Positions 35,556 through 49,202 of a stretch of DNA of 64,000 bases are shown here, piece after piece (position 1 is the first letter of the stretch; the number at the start of each line of letters is the position of its first letter). The stretch is from Squalus acanthias (taxonomy: Eukaryota), in NCBI GenBank assembly GCA_030390025.1, contig CM059432.1, positions 152,708,001 through 152,772,000 of the forward strand. The letters are read 5' to 3'. The translations under genes and the position numbers were made by a program. The notes under the pieces are model-generated. The model saw only the letters and a program-made list of their open reading frames with translations. It was not told the DNA's origin and made no database searches.

Positions 35556-37838
35556 TGTTTTTTTATTCGTTTATGGGATGTGGGCATTGTTGGCAAGGCC
35601 AGCATTTATTGCCCATCCCTAATTGCCCTTCAGAAGGTGGTGATGAGCCGCCTTCTTGAACCGCTGCAGTCCGTGTGGTGAAGGTACTCCCACAGCGCTG
35701 TCAGGGAGGGAGTTCCAGGGTTTTGACCCAGCGACGATGAAGGAACGGCCGATATATTTCTGAGGCAGGATGGTGTGTGACTTGGAGGGGAATTTGGAGC
35801 TGATGGTGTTCCCATGCGCCTGCTGCCCTTGTCTGTCTAGGTGCTAGCGGTTGCGGGTTTGGGAGGTGCTGTTGAAGAAGCCTTGGCGAGTTGCTGCAGT
35901 GCATCTTGTAGATGGTACACACTGCAGCCACGGTATGCCGGTGGTGGAGGGGGTGAATGTTTAAGGTGGTGGATGGGGTGCCAATCAAGTGGGCTGCTTT
36001 GTCTTGGATGGTGTTGAGCTTCTTGAGTGTTGTTGGAGCTGCACTCATCCAGGCAAGTGGAGAGTATTCCATCACACTCCTGACTTGTGCCTTGTAGATG
36101 GTGGAAAGGCTTTGGGGAGTCAGGAGGTGAGACACTCGCTGCAGAATACCCAGCCTCTGACCTGCTCTTGTTGCCACAGTATTTATGTGGCTGGTCCAGT
36201 TAAGTTTCTGGTCAAGGATGTTGACGGTGGGGAATTCGGCAATAGTAATGCCAGGGGGCAGTGGTTAGACTCTCTCCTGTTGGAGATAGTCATTGCCTGG
36301 CACTTGTGTGGCGCAAATGTTACTTGCCACTTATCAGCCCAAGCCTGAATGTCATCCAGGTCTTGCTGCATGCGGGCATGGACTGCTTCATTATCTGAGG
36401 AGTTGCGAATGGAACTGAACACTGTGCAGTCATCCGCGAACATCCCCACTTTCTGACCCTATGATGGAAGGAAGGTCATTGATGAAGCAGCTGAAGATAG
36501 TTGGGCCTAAGACACTGCCCTGAGGAACTGATGTCCTGGGGCTGTGATGATTGACCTTCAATCACCACAACCATCTTCCTTTGTGCTAGGTATAACTCCA
36601 GCCAGTGTACAGTTTTCCCCCCCCATCCCCATTGATTTCAGTTTTACTAGGGCTCCTTGATGCCACACTCGGTCAAATGCTGCCTTGATGTCAAGGGCAG
36701 TCACTCTCACCTCACCTCTGGAATTCATCTCTTTTGTCCATGTTTGGACCAAGGCTGTAATGAGGTCGGGAGCCGAGTGGTCTTGGCGGAACCCAAACTG
36801 AGCATCGGTGAGCAGGTTATTGGTGAGTAAGTGCCGCTTGATAGCACTGTCAATGACACCTTCCATCACTTTGCTGATGATTGAGAGTAGACTGATGGGG
36901 CGGTAATTGGCCGGGTTGGATTTGTCCTGCTTTTTGTGGACAGGACATACCTGGGCAACAATGCTCCCTTTAAGCTAGGGAACCCGTGCAGCCGGCTTTT
37001 CAATGCAAAAACCACGCATGCGCGATATTTTGAATGGCCCACACAACCCCTTAAATGGGTCGCGCAGTGCCAAATAAAATTACAGGGAACATTGCTGGGC
37101 AATTATTCACATTGTCGGATAGATGCCAGTGTTGTAGCTGTACTGGAACAGCTTAGCTAGAGGCGCGGCTAGTACTGGAGCACAAGTCTTCAGCACAACA
37201 GCCGGGATATTGTCAGGGCCTTTGCTGTATCCAGTGTGCTGAGCCGTTTCTTTATCACGTGGAGTGAACTGAATTGGCTGAAGACTGGCTTCTGTGATGG
37301 TGGGACCTCGGGGAGGCTGCGATGGATCATCCACTCGGCACTTCTGGCTGAAGATGGTTGCGAACGCTTCAGCCTTGTCTTTTGCACACACGTGCTGGGC
37401 TCCACCATCATTGAGGATGGGGATGTTCATGGAGCCTCCTCCTCCCGTTAGTTATTTAATTGTCCACCACCATTCACGACTGGATGTGGCAGGACTGCAG
37501 AGCTTTGTTCTGATCCGTTGATTGTGGAATCGCTGAGCTCGGTCTATAGCATGCTGCTCCGCTGTTTAGCATGTATGTGTTCTTGTGTTGTAGCTTCACC
37601 AGGTTGGCACCTCAGTTTTAGGTAAGCCTGGTGCTGCTCCTGGCATGCTCTTCTACACTCCTCATTGTACCAGTGTTGGTCCCTTGGCTTGATGGTAATG
37701 GTACAGTGAGGGATATGCCGGGCCATGAGGTTATAGATTGTGGTGGAATACAATTCTGCTGCTGATGGCCCACAGCGCCTCATGGATGCCCATTTTTGAG
37801 CTAGACCTGTTCTGAATCTATCCCATTTAGCACAGTGG
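35556..37838 (-). mobile_element. LINE family B, inserted in a CR1 tail
   Basis: RT fragments (ALDIKAAFDRVWH, MFADD); splits the CR1 tail gagcctgt|tctgccattc. Confidence 0.9.
36959..37094. mobile_element. hAT-type MITE (136 bp) inside LINE-B
   Basis: TIR caatgctccc / gggaacattg; perfect 8-bp TSD CTGGGCAA. Confidence 0.88.
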
Positions 37839-38150
37839 TTCTGCCATTCAGTTAGATCATGGCTGATCTGTACCTCAAATCTATTTACCCACCTTTGATC
37901 CATATCCCTTGATACCCTTACACAACAAAAATCTGTCAATCTCAGCCTTGAACATTTCAGTTGATCCAGCATGCACAGCCTTTTGGGGGAGAGTGAGTTC
38001 CAGATTTCCACTATCCATTGTGTGGAAAAAGTGCTTCCTGATTTCACTCCTGAATGACCTAGCTCTAATTTTAGGATTTTGCCTCCTTGTTCCCCCACCA
38101 GGGGAAATAGTTTCTCTGTATCTGCTCTGTTGAATCTCTTTATCATTTTA
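37839..38150 (-). mobile_element. CR1 3' fragment (its tail end is at 35514-35555)
   Basis: Minus strand: EKLFPLVGE, FSTQWIVEIWNSL. Confidence 0.8.
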
Positions 38151-41100
38151 AACAGCTATAGTGCTATCAGAGTAGAGTTGTCTTGCATAGTTTTAGCTTC
38201 ATTAGGCTACAGCTGTTTAGAGAATCTTCCAAATGACCACATACATATCCACCAATATCATTTTGAAATTATAGTCAATATATGAGGCTTCTGACATAGG
38301 CATGTTAATAATCAAGCTAGTAGAATTGGGACCAAAGGGTAATTTGGTCCTGAGGGTAATTGTTTGTTCTTTATTACTTGGAACAGAGCGCAATACAGTA
38401 TGATAACAAATTGATGTTGTCTGTATGCTGTGACAAATAATTAGTTTGAATTTGTTGGCTTATAGTTGTGTACCAGATCTGCTATATCACTTGGCCATTA
38501 ATGAAAAAGCGGGATACATGGAATAGAATTGAAACCATACATTTTGATCAATCATATGAAATTGGGCAACTACACTCCAGTAACCTCATTTATTCCATCC
38601 AACTACTAATGGAAGCCTTAAAGAAGTTATAACAATTTTCCAGTAATCAGTTCCTTACTTGCCACGAATCCTCTTACCATCACCGATGACTCACTGACAT
38701 GGCTTATATTACATAATATATAATTGCTATAGTTCAGAATTTTTCTGCTTGAGAGCAATTTAATGAAGGTTCAGTACTGAGGTGCAAGCGGTTTTGAGAG
38801 TGTATCTGCTTATATCCCAGGTACAAAATGCAGGCCACATGTGGCCCACAAGCTCTGCCAATCCAGCCCTTGAAACCTTGGTACCTCACTTCTAGTTGTT
38901 CTTACATTTCTTATTGACTGGTTTGTCCTGTTTAAATTTTGTGGACCTGGAAGTTTCGAAAGGGGCGTTCTTGGTGCTGTTGCCTCATTGGTGGATAAAT
39001 CCTGAATCAGAACAGCAAGAACCGTTAGTATGTGTAGCTTGAGATATCTGCAGATTAATGGGAACATGGATTCAAACTTCACATGTGGCCCCCTGGGAAA
39101 CCATGCTACACACACCTATGCGCCCCACAAAGAGGAAACATTGGGACACCCCTGGTTGATATCAGGTCTTGCTTTGCTTTATTTAAGAACGTTAGTGTAA
39201 ATTGGCAGTGCTCAGGTGAACTGTCACCGAATGTGGACCTGCCAACTCTCCTATAGCCTACAGGAGGCATATACTACTTCCCCACGTGGCCCAGTTGTCA
39301 CCTATGCAAGCAATATCTGAGCTCCACTGCTGAACACACAGAGAAGACATAAATCCCAGCCTGGTATACTAAAGCTTATTTAAGGTTTGTATGCAGCACT
39401 TAAGTTGCAGTTGTGTTGGAATTAGTGTATGATTCTTGTTTTTACTGGGAAGGAACAGAAGGGGATCATAGCAACTTCAAAGATGTAGAATTTTTTTTTT
39501 TTACCCTGTTGGCATATGGAATAGGGTAGAATTATATTATGTGCATGAGTTAAAGCCCCCGATCATTTTCCGACGGAAAGCTAATTTTGTCTTTATTGCT
39601 CGTGCTGTGTATCCAGTCTGTACTGTTGTCTGCACATGAGTACAAAAAATACCTCCCTCGGGGAACTAAACATGGAATACTTTTTTTTTTAAAAAGGACC
39701 GAGTTAAGGAACACATGTACTGCACAGTATAGAGATGGTCTCTGTATCAGACGTGTGTCTAGACTCTGCACTCTGTTGTTGGATTTTTTAAGACAGCACT
39801 GATTGAAAGGTGTGTTTTATATTATAGTTGGTGGCTGATATATTGGAATTTCCTGTTTAAAACTTCATTTCCTCTTCTAAATCATTAAGAGACCAATAAA
39901 CTGTGCAGTTATTTGTATATATCACAGGGCAGCGTGGCTGTTTTGTAGGTTGGTACTAATTTAATTAGTTTCTTAAACTCTGTGCTTGCCTAATTGAAAC
40001 TAATGGTGCTAGTTAAAACAACAATTTGGCAGTGTTTAATTATTTTAACATTAAAATATATTCATACGGTGTTGCTGAAATTGTTTTTTGGAACAGCAGC
40101 TGAAGATATTAAGTTCAGAATTTGGGGTTTGAAATGAATAAACATAGCAGAAATATTCTTTATCCTGTGTTTTTTCCTAAGTTTGTTAATATCTGTGAAT
40201 TTTCCATATAAATTAATTGGATTAATTGCAGTGTTGAGATGTAGGTGGAGTAGATTCATCTCCTATTTTATATTCAGTGTTGTAGCCAACTGTGTTAGAA
40301 TGGATTTGCTACAGTTGTAGGAATATTAATGGCTGTTTAGTACAATGCCATTTACTCATTAGTTTTAGAATGTACCAGAAGATTCCAGTAAAAAAATCTG
40401 TGGACATTTTAAAATAACATTTGAAAAATTCCAGTTGACAGGAGGCCTGACCTATTGTTTCATGTGATTCCAGTTGAATATAACTGTTTAGATAATGTAA
40501 AGTGTTCGCAATCTAAAAGTGGCACAGGTGTGAAAATGTAACGAGTTCCTGCAAAATCCCTACCAGGACTGCATTAAGCTGCATGAGGCTGGTAATGTGA
40601 TACTTGTCACCAATAGCGATTATGTACTTTGACCATAGTTGACCTGTATTATCAGGCCAGAGGCCTGCTGTGTGCCCACTTTGGAGGGCCCGCATCTCAC
40701 CCAAGGGTGCTTGGCTGCGGAGGGTACTGGAGTAGACTCGCTCTTCCACGGTGATTGGCAGCTTGGTCAGGTAGCACGGCACAGATATGGGTTGTTTACT
40801 CCTCCATAGAAGTCCCTAACCTGTGTCGGACTGTGCGGGCTGATTGGCGCATGACTGCATGAACTGCTAATGAGCGATGAAGCTACGTTTGTCAGCAGGT
40901 TGTGTGCGGACCAAATCCCAACACCGGGTGAAGCCTTCAAGCTGACCCTCCAGCCAGCATCCTGCCTATTCCACCAGCCCTGACCCCTCCTCACTTACTC
41001 TCTGTGCTTCAGTATGTGCTCCCTCCTGCAATTCAGTCACTGCCCCTTCCCCACCTTGAGGGGATGTATCCTTGCTGCTTTTTTTTTGTTAGGAGTGAAT

Positions 41101-42214
41101 GATACAGGTTGCTGTAAGGTGCTGGGGCTGGGATGCATATTGCCCTCCGGGGTCTGTTAGTTATGGGAACATCTAGGGTCAGTTTGATGATTTACTTTCA
41201 AAGTCTATGTTGCTAGTTTTGAATTTCACTGACAGTATTTCCAATGCACATTCAGAATGCACAGAGATAAATGAGTGAGTAAAGGGAGAAAGAAGGGAGG
41301 ATAAAAGCATGCTACTAGCACTGAGCTGGTGAAAGCCCTCAGACATCACCCTACGCCACTCCCTTGGTTGCCTCTGAGACTACAGTCTGCAGGTTTTTCT
41401 CCTCTTAGTTTGGTGTGCCTGCTTCTGTCTGCAGTTGTTGCTGCCTCTTTTCTGTGGCCCTCTCCTGCAAGTAGATAGAAAATGAACATGGGTAGGAATG
41501 GGCTAGATGAGAAGAGATGTGTGCCATCCAAGCACGCAGCCCAGCTCCCATCATGTGCAAATCTCTGAACATACAGCATGCAGGCAGCTTGTGTTGGCAG
41601 TAAGGAAAATGCATGCGCACGGCAGCAATACATTTTGGACAGCAACAACAGAGAAAGCCTGTGCACTTAGGAAGTATGGTGAGGTGCAGTTTGTCAGCCA
41701 CCTGGTGGAAGAGCATGCTGTGGCCATTTGGAGGAGCTGGCCCACTCTGGTGACTCCTTTTATGTGCAAGACTGTAAATCCATTTGAGGCCAATGCTTTT
41801 GAGAGATTGGGGAGAGAATTGTCAGAGCGAGAGTAATTGTCCGAGAGATGCTGTTCTCCTCCAGGGTGAGATGGTTAGTGCAACAATTCTGAACCTCTGT
41901 GGCTCTATGACGTGGCGTGCAGGGGAGAGTGGGCCCGGAGGCTCTGGTCTCCATCCTGAGTTGAGTTTTGCTCGGGAAGAGTTGGCAGAGACCAGGATAT
42001 GATCCCTTGGGTCTGGGCTGTCTGGCAATAACACCTTGTTATTTTGGGAGCTGAAGGCACTTGGGATGTATGCGTGACCATTTGCCTGGCTAGATGAACT
42101 TGGAAGTTGGGAGACGTGACTATCCAGGCTTCAAAATTGGTGGCGTGGGACCTTGACTGTTGGATCTGGAATAGATAAAGGAGGATATTATATCCATGCC
42201 AACCAAGAAACAAA

Positions 42215-42423
42215 AATAAAGAATAATATTATAGCTCCTGAGCATGTGCTCTGCATGTATCACTGAATTCGTTTTGAACGACGGCTGCTGTGCAAACGTG
42301 GTCGCCAATTTGTGCAACAAGGTCCACAAAGACAAATAACATGAAAGACAGGTCATTTGTTTTTGATAGTTTTGACTAAGGGAGGAATGTTGGCCAGGAC
42401 ACCAGCAGAACTTCTTGCTTCTC
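42215..42423 (-). mobile_element. Deu SINE 3' part; continues at ~44481-44505 and 49465-49562
   Basis: ggaggaatgttggccaggacacc ... gccattggatcttta | atgtccacctga...tctgaaagacagtacctctgacagtgcagc. Confidence 0.7.
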
Positions 42424-42814
42424 TCAGCAGAGAAGGCTGAGGGGGGACCTGATTGAGGTGTACAAAATTATGAGGGGCATAGATAGGGTAGATTAGAAAG
42501 GAACTTTTCCCCTTAGTAGAGGGGTCAATAACCAGGGGGCATAGTTTCAAGGTAAGGGGCAGGAGGTTTAGAGGGGATTTGAGGAAAAACTTTTCACCCA
42601 GAGGGTGTTTGGAATCTGGAACTCACTGCCTGAAAGGGTGGTAGAGGCAGGAACCCTCACAACATTCAAGAAGCATTTAGATGAGCACTTGAAACGCAAT
42701 AGCATATAAGGCTACGGACCAAGTGCTGGAAAATGGGATTAGAATAGACAGGGCTTGATGGCCGGCGCAGACACGATGGGCCGAAGGGCCTCTTTCTGTG
42801 CTGTATAACTCTAT
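42424..42814 (+). mobile_element. CR1 3' end with (actctatg)n tail
   Basis: agaaggctgagggg...gacctgattgaggtgtacaaaattatgagggg; the tail is interrupted by two MITEs. Confidence 0.88.
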
Positions 42815-43560
42815 GGGGGAAAAATTCAGCTGCTTGCGCCTCCCGTTAGCGCCTTAAGAGGGCGCTAATGGGGAGTAAAGCAGCTAACGCCCGGGCGCAG
42901 CGCCGCCCACGCCTCCCGAAAAATTTAGTGGGAGGTTAGCGGCGGCGGCAGCCGGTAGCGCCCTGTGGCGCTGCGCCGCCGGCGATGACGTCATCGCCGT
43001 GCGCAGCACCCCGCTCGCGCCCCGGCCGTGATCTTCAGTCGCGCCCCCTGATTTACCGCCAGACGCTATGTCCGACGGGTTCAGGGAGGCGTACGTGCGG
43101 CCGGGGCGGCGATATTTAAAGGGGCGGTGGCAGGCGGCCATTTTTGTTGCTGGCCGCCTGCCAGCACCTGCCCCCGTTGCTGTCCCCGGCCCCCGTGAAG
43201 CCCCCCCACCGTGAAGTGCCGGCTGCGCTCCAAGAGCCCGGCACTTCTCTTGAGTGCCGGGCTCTTTTGCCGGCACTCCCGATCCCTGGGGGCCCAGCTG
43301 GGCCCCGGTTCGCGCTGCGCAGGGTCCCTCCCCTTTAAGAAGGGGAGGAAGGCCTGCAATACCGCGGCGCGACGTAGCGCCAGGATATTCCCTCGCAGCG
43401 CCCCAAGAGGGATGCGGGGTGCTTCCAGTGGTGCCCCGCTTCCCTCTTGGGGCGCAACCACTGAGGTTCCGGCGCGGGGCCGCTAATTTTTTCGGGGCGC
43501 TAAAAGTCGCGCCCCGGCGAGGTTAGCGCCCCAAATGGGGCGCGACTCAATTTTTACCCC
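42815..43560. mobile_element. GC/CpG-rich Harbinger-type MITE family B
   Basis: TIR gggggaaaaatt / aatttttacccc; flanks consistent with an AT(G) duplication. Confidence 0.85.
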
Positions 43561-43570
43561 ATGACTCTAT

Positions 43571-44471
43571 GGGGGAAAAATTCAGTATCGCCCCGTTTGG
43601 GGCGCAATTATCGGCTGGGCGCAAAGATTAGCGCCTGCCGCTAATTATCGCCTCCGACTGCAAACTTGACTTTTATCGCCCCTGGAGGTGATTGGAGCGC
43701 TAAATCAGGTGCTACACATCTGTCTTAAGGCACAAAGGCCGAGGAGCGAGGCGCTAACTCAGAGCGCTGGCGAAGCTTATGTGATGTCAGTCAGCAATGG
43801 AACACAGACACAATGGCCCCGGCCAGGTCTTAAAGGGGAGGGTTGATCTTGCTTTCCATCCACATCCTGCTCATTGAAGCCTTGAATCTCGGCCTGGAGA
43901 GACCTGTACATCAAATCTGCTGGAAAGAACAATGGAGAGGCCCAGGGAAAGAGCTCAGAGTGCAGCCCCCACAGTCTCTTCTAAATCGATACAAGGAAGG
44001 GCAAATCAAAATGAACCTGCAAAGTGCTGCTCAGTACCCAAAACTCCTTCACACAGCGTTGAATCTCTCCAGAAGTCTCTCTCTCTCTCTCTCTCTCTCA
44101 GAATGCGTGGTTCAAAAATGTCGCCAACAAAAAAAGGCAGGAAGCGGTCGCCTTTAAATAGCGCTCCCCCAGTCCCTTCCTGACTGCAAAACGCTCCCCT
44201 CTACCTGTCGTTGCTAGCGTCAGGCGGTAACGGCAGGGGACGCCACTCAATATCCGCTCCGGGGCGCTACCGGGGCGTTGCGCACTCAACTGATGTCACG
44301 ATCTGCCGGCGCAGGAGATCGTGGCGGTACTGTTTAGCGCCGCCGCAAAATGTCTAGTTAATTTCGCGAGCGGCGCAAACATCGCCGCGCCCAGGCGCTA
44401 GTTGCTTTGCATCCCATTAGCGCCCTCTTAAGGCGCTAACGGGAGGCGCAACCAACTGAATTTTTTCCCCC
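43571..44471 (+). mobile_element. Harbinger-type MITE family A
   Basis: TIR gggggaaaaattcag / ctgaattttttccccc; colinear with 33862-34751; flanks TAT/TAA. Confidence 0.88.
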
Positions 44472-44645
44472 TAAGACTCTTTAGAACAATGCCATTGGAT
44501 CTTTAGGGCTCGATTTTAATAGCCCTGAGGAGGCGGGTTTGGAGGCTGCTCTGTAGGGAAAATTGGGGAAATTGGCTTCAGACACCCAGCCCACCTCCAC
44601 CCGATTTTCGTGAGTGTCTGTTCAGCTGCTGACCCGTCTCCAACC

Positions 44646-46410
44646 TAGGGCCTATTAGAGATCATGAGTGTAATCTGTGTGTGGAGGCGGGAGACGTCGG
44701 TAGGGTTCTTAATGAATACTTTGCGTCTGTTTTCACAAAGGAGAGGGGCGAAGCAGACATTGCTATCGGGGGAGGAGTGTGAAATATTAGATGAAATAAA
44801 CATAGTGAGAGAGGAAGTATTAAGGGGTTTAGCAGCTTTAAAAGTGGATAAATCCCCAGGTCCGGATAAAATGTATCCCAGGCTGTTAAGCGAAGCAAAA
44901 GAGGAAATTGCAGAAGCCCTGACCATCATTTTCCAATCCTCTCTGGCTTCAGGTGTGGTGCTGGAGGACTGGAGGACTGCTAATGTGGTACCCTTGTTTA
45001 AAAAGGGAGAAAAGTATAGACCGAGTAATTACAGGCCAGTCAGCCTAACCTCGGTGGTGGGAAAATTATTGGAAAGAATTCTGAAGGACAGGATAAATCT
45101 TCATTTAGAAAGACACGGATTAATCAAGGATAGTCAGCACGGATTTGTTAAGGGAAGGTCGTGTCTGACAAACTTGATTGAATTTTTTGAGGAGGTAACA
45201 AGGAGGGTAGATGAGGGTAGTGTGTTTGATGTAGTGTATATGGACTTTAGCAAGGCTTTTGATAAGGTTCCACATGGCAGACTGGTCACGAAGTTAAAAG
45301 CCCATGGGATCCAGGGCAAAGTGTCAAGTTGAATTCAAAACTGGCTCGGAGACAGGAAGCAGAGGGATTGATGGGTGTTTTTGTGACTGGAAGGCTGTTT
45401 CCAGTGGGGTTCCACAGGGCTCAGTACTAGGTCCCTTGCTTTTTGTGGTATATATCAACGATCTTGACTTGAATGTAGGGGGTATGATTAAGAAGTTTGC
45501 AGATGATACTAAAATTGGCTGTGTGGTTGATACTGAAGAAGGAAGCTGTAGACTGCAGGAAGATATCAATAAATTGGTCAGGTGGGCAAATGGAATTCAA
45601 TCCGGAGAAGTGTGAGGTAATGCATTTGGGGAGGGCTAACAAGGAAAGGGAATACACATTAAATGGTAGGACACTGAGTAGTGTAGAGGAACAAAGGGAC
45701 CTTGGAGTGCATGTCCACAGATCCCTGAAGGTAGCAGGCCAGGTAGATAAGGTGGTTAAGAAGGCACACGGAATGCTTGCCTTTATTAGCCGTGGCTTAG
45801 AATACAAGAGCAGGGGGGTTATGCTTCAACTGTATAAAGCACTATTTAAGCCTCAGCTAGCGTACTGCATGCAGTTCTGGTCACCACGTTACAGGAAAGA
45901 TGTGATTGCACTCGAGAGGGTACAGAGGAGATTTACAAGGATGTTGCCGGGAGTAGAGAATCTTAGCTATGAGGAAAGACTGGATAGGCTGGGTTTGTTT
46001 TCCTTGGAACAGAGGAGGCTGAGGGGAGACCTTATTGAGGTGTATAAAATTATGAGGGGCATAGATAAAGTGGATAGAAAGGACCTATTTCCCTTAGCAG
46101 AGGGGTCAAAAACCAGGGGGCACAGATTTAAAGTAATTGGTGGAAGGTTTAGAGGGGATTTGAGGGGAAATTTCTTCACTCAGAGGGTTGTGGGGGTCTG
46201 GAACTCACTGCCTGAAAGGGTGGTAGAGACAGAACCTAACCACATTTAAAAAGTACTTGGATGTGCACTTGGGATGCTGTAACCTGCAGGGCTACGGACC
46301 AAGAGCTGGGAAGTGGGATTAGGCTGGATAGCTCTTTGTTGGCCGGTGCGGACACGATGGGCCGAAATGGCCTCCTTCCGTGCTGTAACTTTCCATGATT
46401 CTATGATTCT
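44646..46410 (+). mobile_element. CR1 LINE, 5'-truncated (RT to tail), inside the Harbinger element
   Basis: [42 protein letters not shown]; tail ctatgattcta. Confidence 0.93.
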
Positions 46411-47292
46411 AACCGGTGGGACAGGTAGTTAAGGCAGTTAACAGCCTGTTAACTGCCTTGCTAATCCTATTTTCATTGTGGTTTCCCATTTTCGTGCTTC
46501 TGGCTCCTGTTTCCCAACTTGTCAGAAACAGACCAGGTTCAAGGAGACGAGTTGCTGGAGGCCATGATTTGTAGTCATTGGTGGAGCGCTTTAAAAGCGC
46601 CCCTGAAACATGGCTGACATTCAAATGCAACAACTTTGCCATTGTAGGTATGGGATAATATTTTGCACATCGACTGACCTTGTGACTGTTCAAGCTGACA
46701 CCCATCTGCAATGTGACATGAATGGAATTATTTCAGGCCACTTCGACTGTGCGCTTGCAAGCTTCTTGCCTCAAATGAAATCTATAGCAAGGGGATGGGA
46801 AACATTCATGTCCTCTCATCCTGATCCTCATAATCGGAGGAGTAGCAGCCACGTGGCTCACCACATATCTTCCTGGGAAGAGGAGGAGGTTGAGGGGCGC
46901 CTTGCTGGCCCTGTTGTGACCAATGCAGCATCCCTCCAGTTCACTGCTGCCCGTCAAGCAGGGTATGCACACTGCCATGCCACATTAGCATAAGCTTACA
47001 CTTCAACCATAGGTGGCTACCATATGGCTCTGTGATTGTAGGCGACACTTGTCCAACGTCATACATCATCTCTGCTATACCCTGTTATTTCCTATCAGTT
47101 TCACCATCAGCATTACAAAAGTAAGTCGCCCTGAGCCCTCAATGTGCTTTTGCCATTTCCTAGAACATATAGGCCACACAATCAACTGTTTGACATAATT
47201 TATCTTTTACACATCACAAAAGGATAACAAACCAGCAACAATCAGAAAAAAAAGAAACATCACCCAAGTGAGCCCTCTTGTGACTATAGGTG

Positions 47293-49202
47293 CTAAATCT
47301 TTCTCTTATGCGTGCTTCTACGTGGTGCTTCCCCTGTGGCTTCAGCAGATGTAGAGGCAACTTGCTGACTAGGATGCTGCGCCTGCTTAGATGCCTTTGG
47401 CGGGCGTCCCCTGGGTTTGGGAGCCTGGGAGGGCTCTTCAACAGTCTGCTCTTCCTGCGACTGTGCAGGGGCTGAAACGACCATCTCAGTTGTCTCCGCA
47501 AAGTGGGTCTCTGACCGAGGGCTCCGCAGTGGCATGGTCGTGCGAGCGCTTTGAGAGGAGCCCACACTTCCTTCTGTCCTTCCAACAACATCCCTCTCAT
47601 GGGTCAGCCGCACCTCAGCGCTGGCAAGTGGCTGGAGAGCACCTTGCTGCACATCAGAGGGACCATGAGGACCCGTATCTGCACTGGCAGTCCTCCTCAA
47701 AAGGACGTCAATGAAGCTCTGGTCTCTCTGCTCAATAGCTGCCCATCGCTCCTTCAGAGATGACATTCTATTTTGAACAGTCACCATGTTTTCGTGACTC
47801 TGGCGACTTATTTCCTCCATGGCGGTAGCCATCCTTTCCACTGAGGTAGCCATCCTTTCCACTGAGGTAGTCAGCCTTTCCATGGAGGTTGCCATTCTAT
47901 CCATGGTGGTGCATTCATGCGTCATTGTCTCCACCACGGCACTAACCCTGGAGGCAAACCCTTCCAGAGACTCCTGCACTTCTTCCTGTATTTCACGAAC
48001 CTGCTCTTTTTCTGGATGGCCCCAGAGGCACAGCGTCTGCATGCAGCTCAGCAGAGCTAGGAGATTGCTGCGACCTCCACCGAGGACTCTCCAGTGCTGT
48101 CGCTGTCTCCACCATCTGCTGATGCTCACTTGTGCGCTGTGATAAACCAGGTGGCAACACTACTCTAACTCGCGATGGCCCCACCGAGGTGTGCGTTGCT
48201 GCGCTGGTGCTGGGTGCGCTGAGTCCTGGTGCCGCTGCTCCCTCAGAGGCTTCAGGTTCCTCTGAGGAGTTGTCCAGCTCTTTGTCCTGGATCATGGGGA
48301 GGGGGGCGCTCGATGGGCCTGTGGGAGAGTAAAGGCTTGAATTAGACATCTGATATTGATGTAGCAGACACATCCTTTTGAGCAGATGATACAATGCGAT
48401 TCTCTATGAACATCATATGCCACTGCTTTCTGAGAGGGATGAAACTCTATTGTGTCACCAGCTTCCTCGAGTGTGCCCGTCTCTCCATCGCCCACTTCCA
48501 GGTCCTCGTCACCTCCAACAATCTCGTTTGCTGCCTCCTCAGCACTGGTCAATGTGGCTAGGGTTGGTGTTCCTCCTCCAGTCATTGCTCTCTCCCTCTT
48601 ATTGTGGGCTATCTGTTCCTGCAAGGAGGGACACAAGCGGTGTTTCAGCCACAGTGATGGAGTGAGTGTGAATAATCCCTACCATAGAAGCTTTGAGGGA
48701 GACGAAGATGGAGTAAGGTGCCAAGAGGAAGGTAGCTCCCTGTGTGTTGTTAGTTGTTGTCACTGCATGACAGTGAGAGCGAGTCTAAGGGGTACATAGG
48801 CAGGATGCTGAAGTGATTCAGTGCAGAGACTGAGATGGATAGGTAAGGGTGCAAGGGAAGTAAGGGTAAGGTGGGGTGTAGAGGAGCAGGCTTACAACGC
48901 AGAGTGCAGGTGATGAGAAGAGAAGGGAAGCAGATTGAAAGCAAGTGTGATGGGATACTCACTTTTGATGTTCTCACAAGATCATTCAACCTTTTGCGGC
49001 CATGGATCCATGAGCGTGAACATATGGACCTTGCGCTGACCTCCTGAGCAAAGCGCAGCCAGGCTGCCTTGGTCTGCTGAGGAGGCTTCCTCCAGCCATC
49101 AGGAGGGAAGAGAATCTCCCTGCGCCCTCTGACAGCATCCACAAGATCTTGGAGGGACTCTTTGGTAAACTGAGGAGCTGCCTTGCCTCTGGAAGAAGTC
49201 AT
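47293..49202 (-). pseudogene. Harbinger Myb/SANT-like (MSANTD-type) DNA-binding protein gene; 3 exons, one apparent frameshift
   Basis: Exon 1 49202-48963 (80 aa, APQFT..L..LVDAV..R..ILF...AW....EV......RSW....KRLNDL, donor gtgagt). Exon 2 48618-48459 (AHNKRERAMTGGG). Exon 3 from 48318, phases consistent. Stop at 47993; the adjacent frame continues to 47293 with heptad repeats and KPRGRPPK. Confidence 0.85.

Noticed and set aside
38817..39154. Possible hAT MITE ending ttgggacacccctg
   Set aside because: The left TIR and a TSD could not be established.
40500..42200. Cluster of overlapping ORFs in moderately GC-rich DNA
   Set aside because: No recognisable motif or consistent exon structure; possibly an old repeat I cannot classify.
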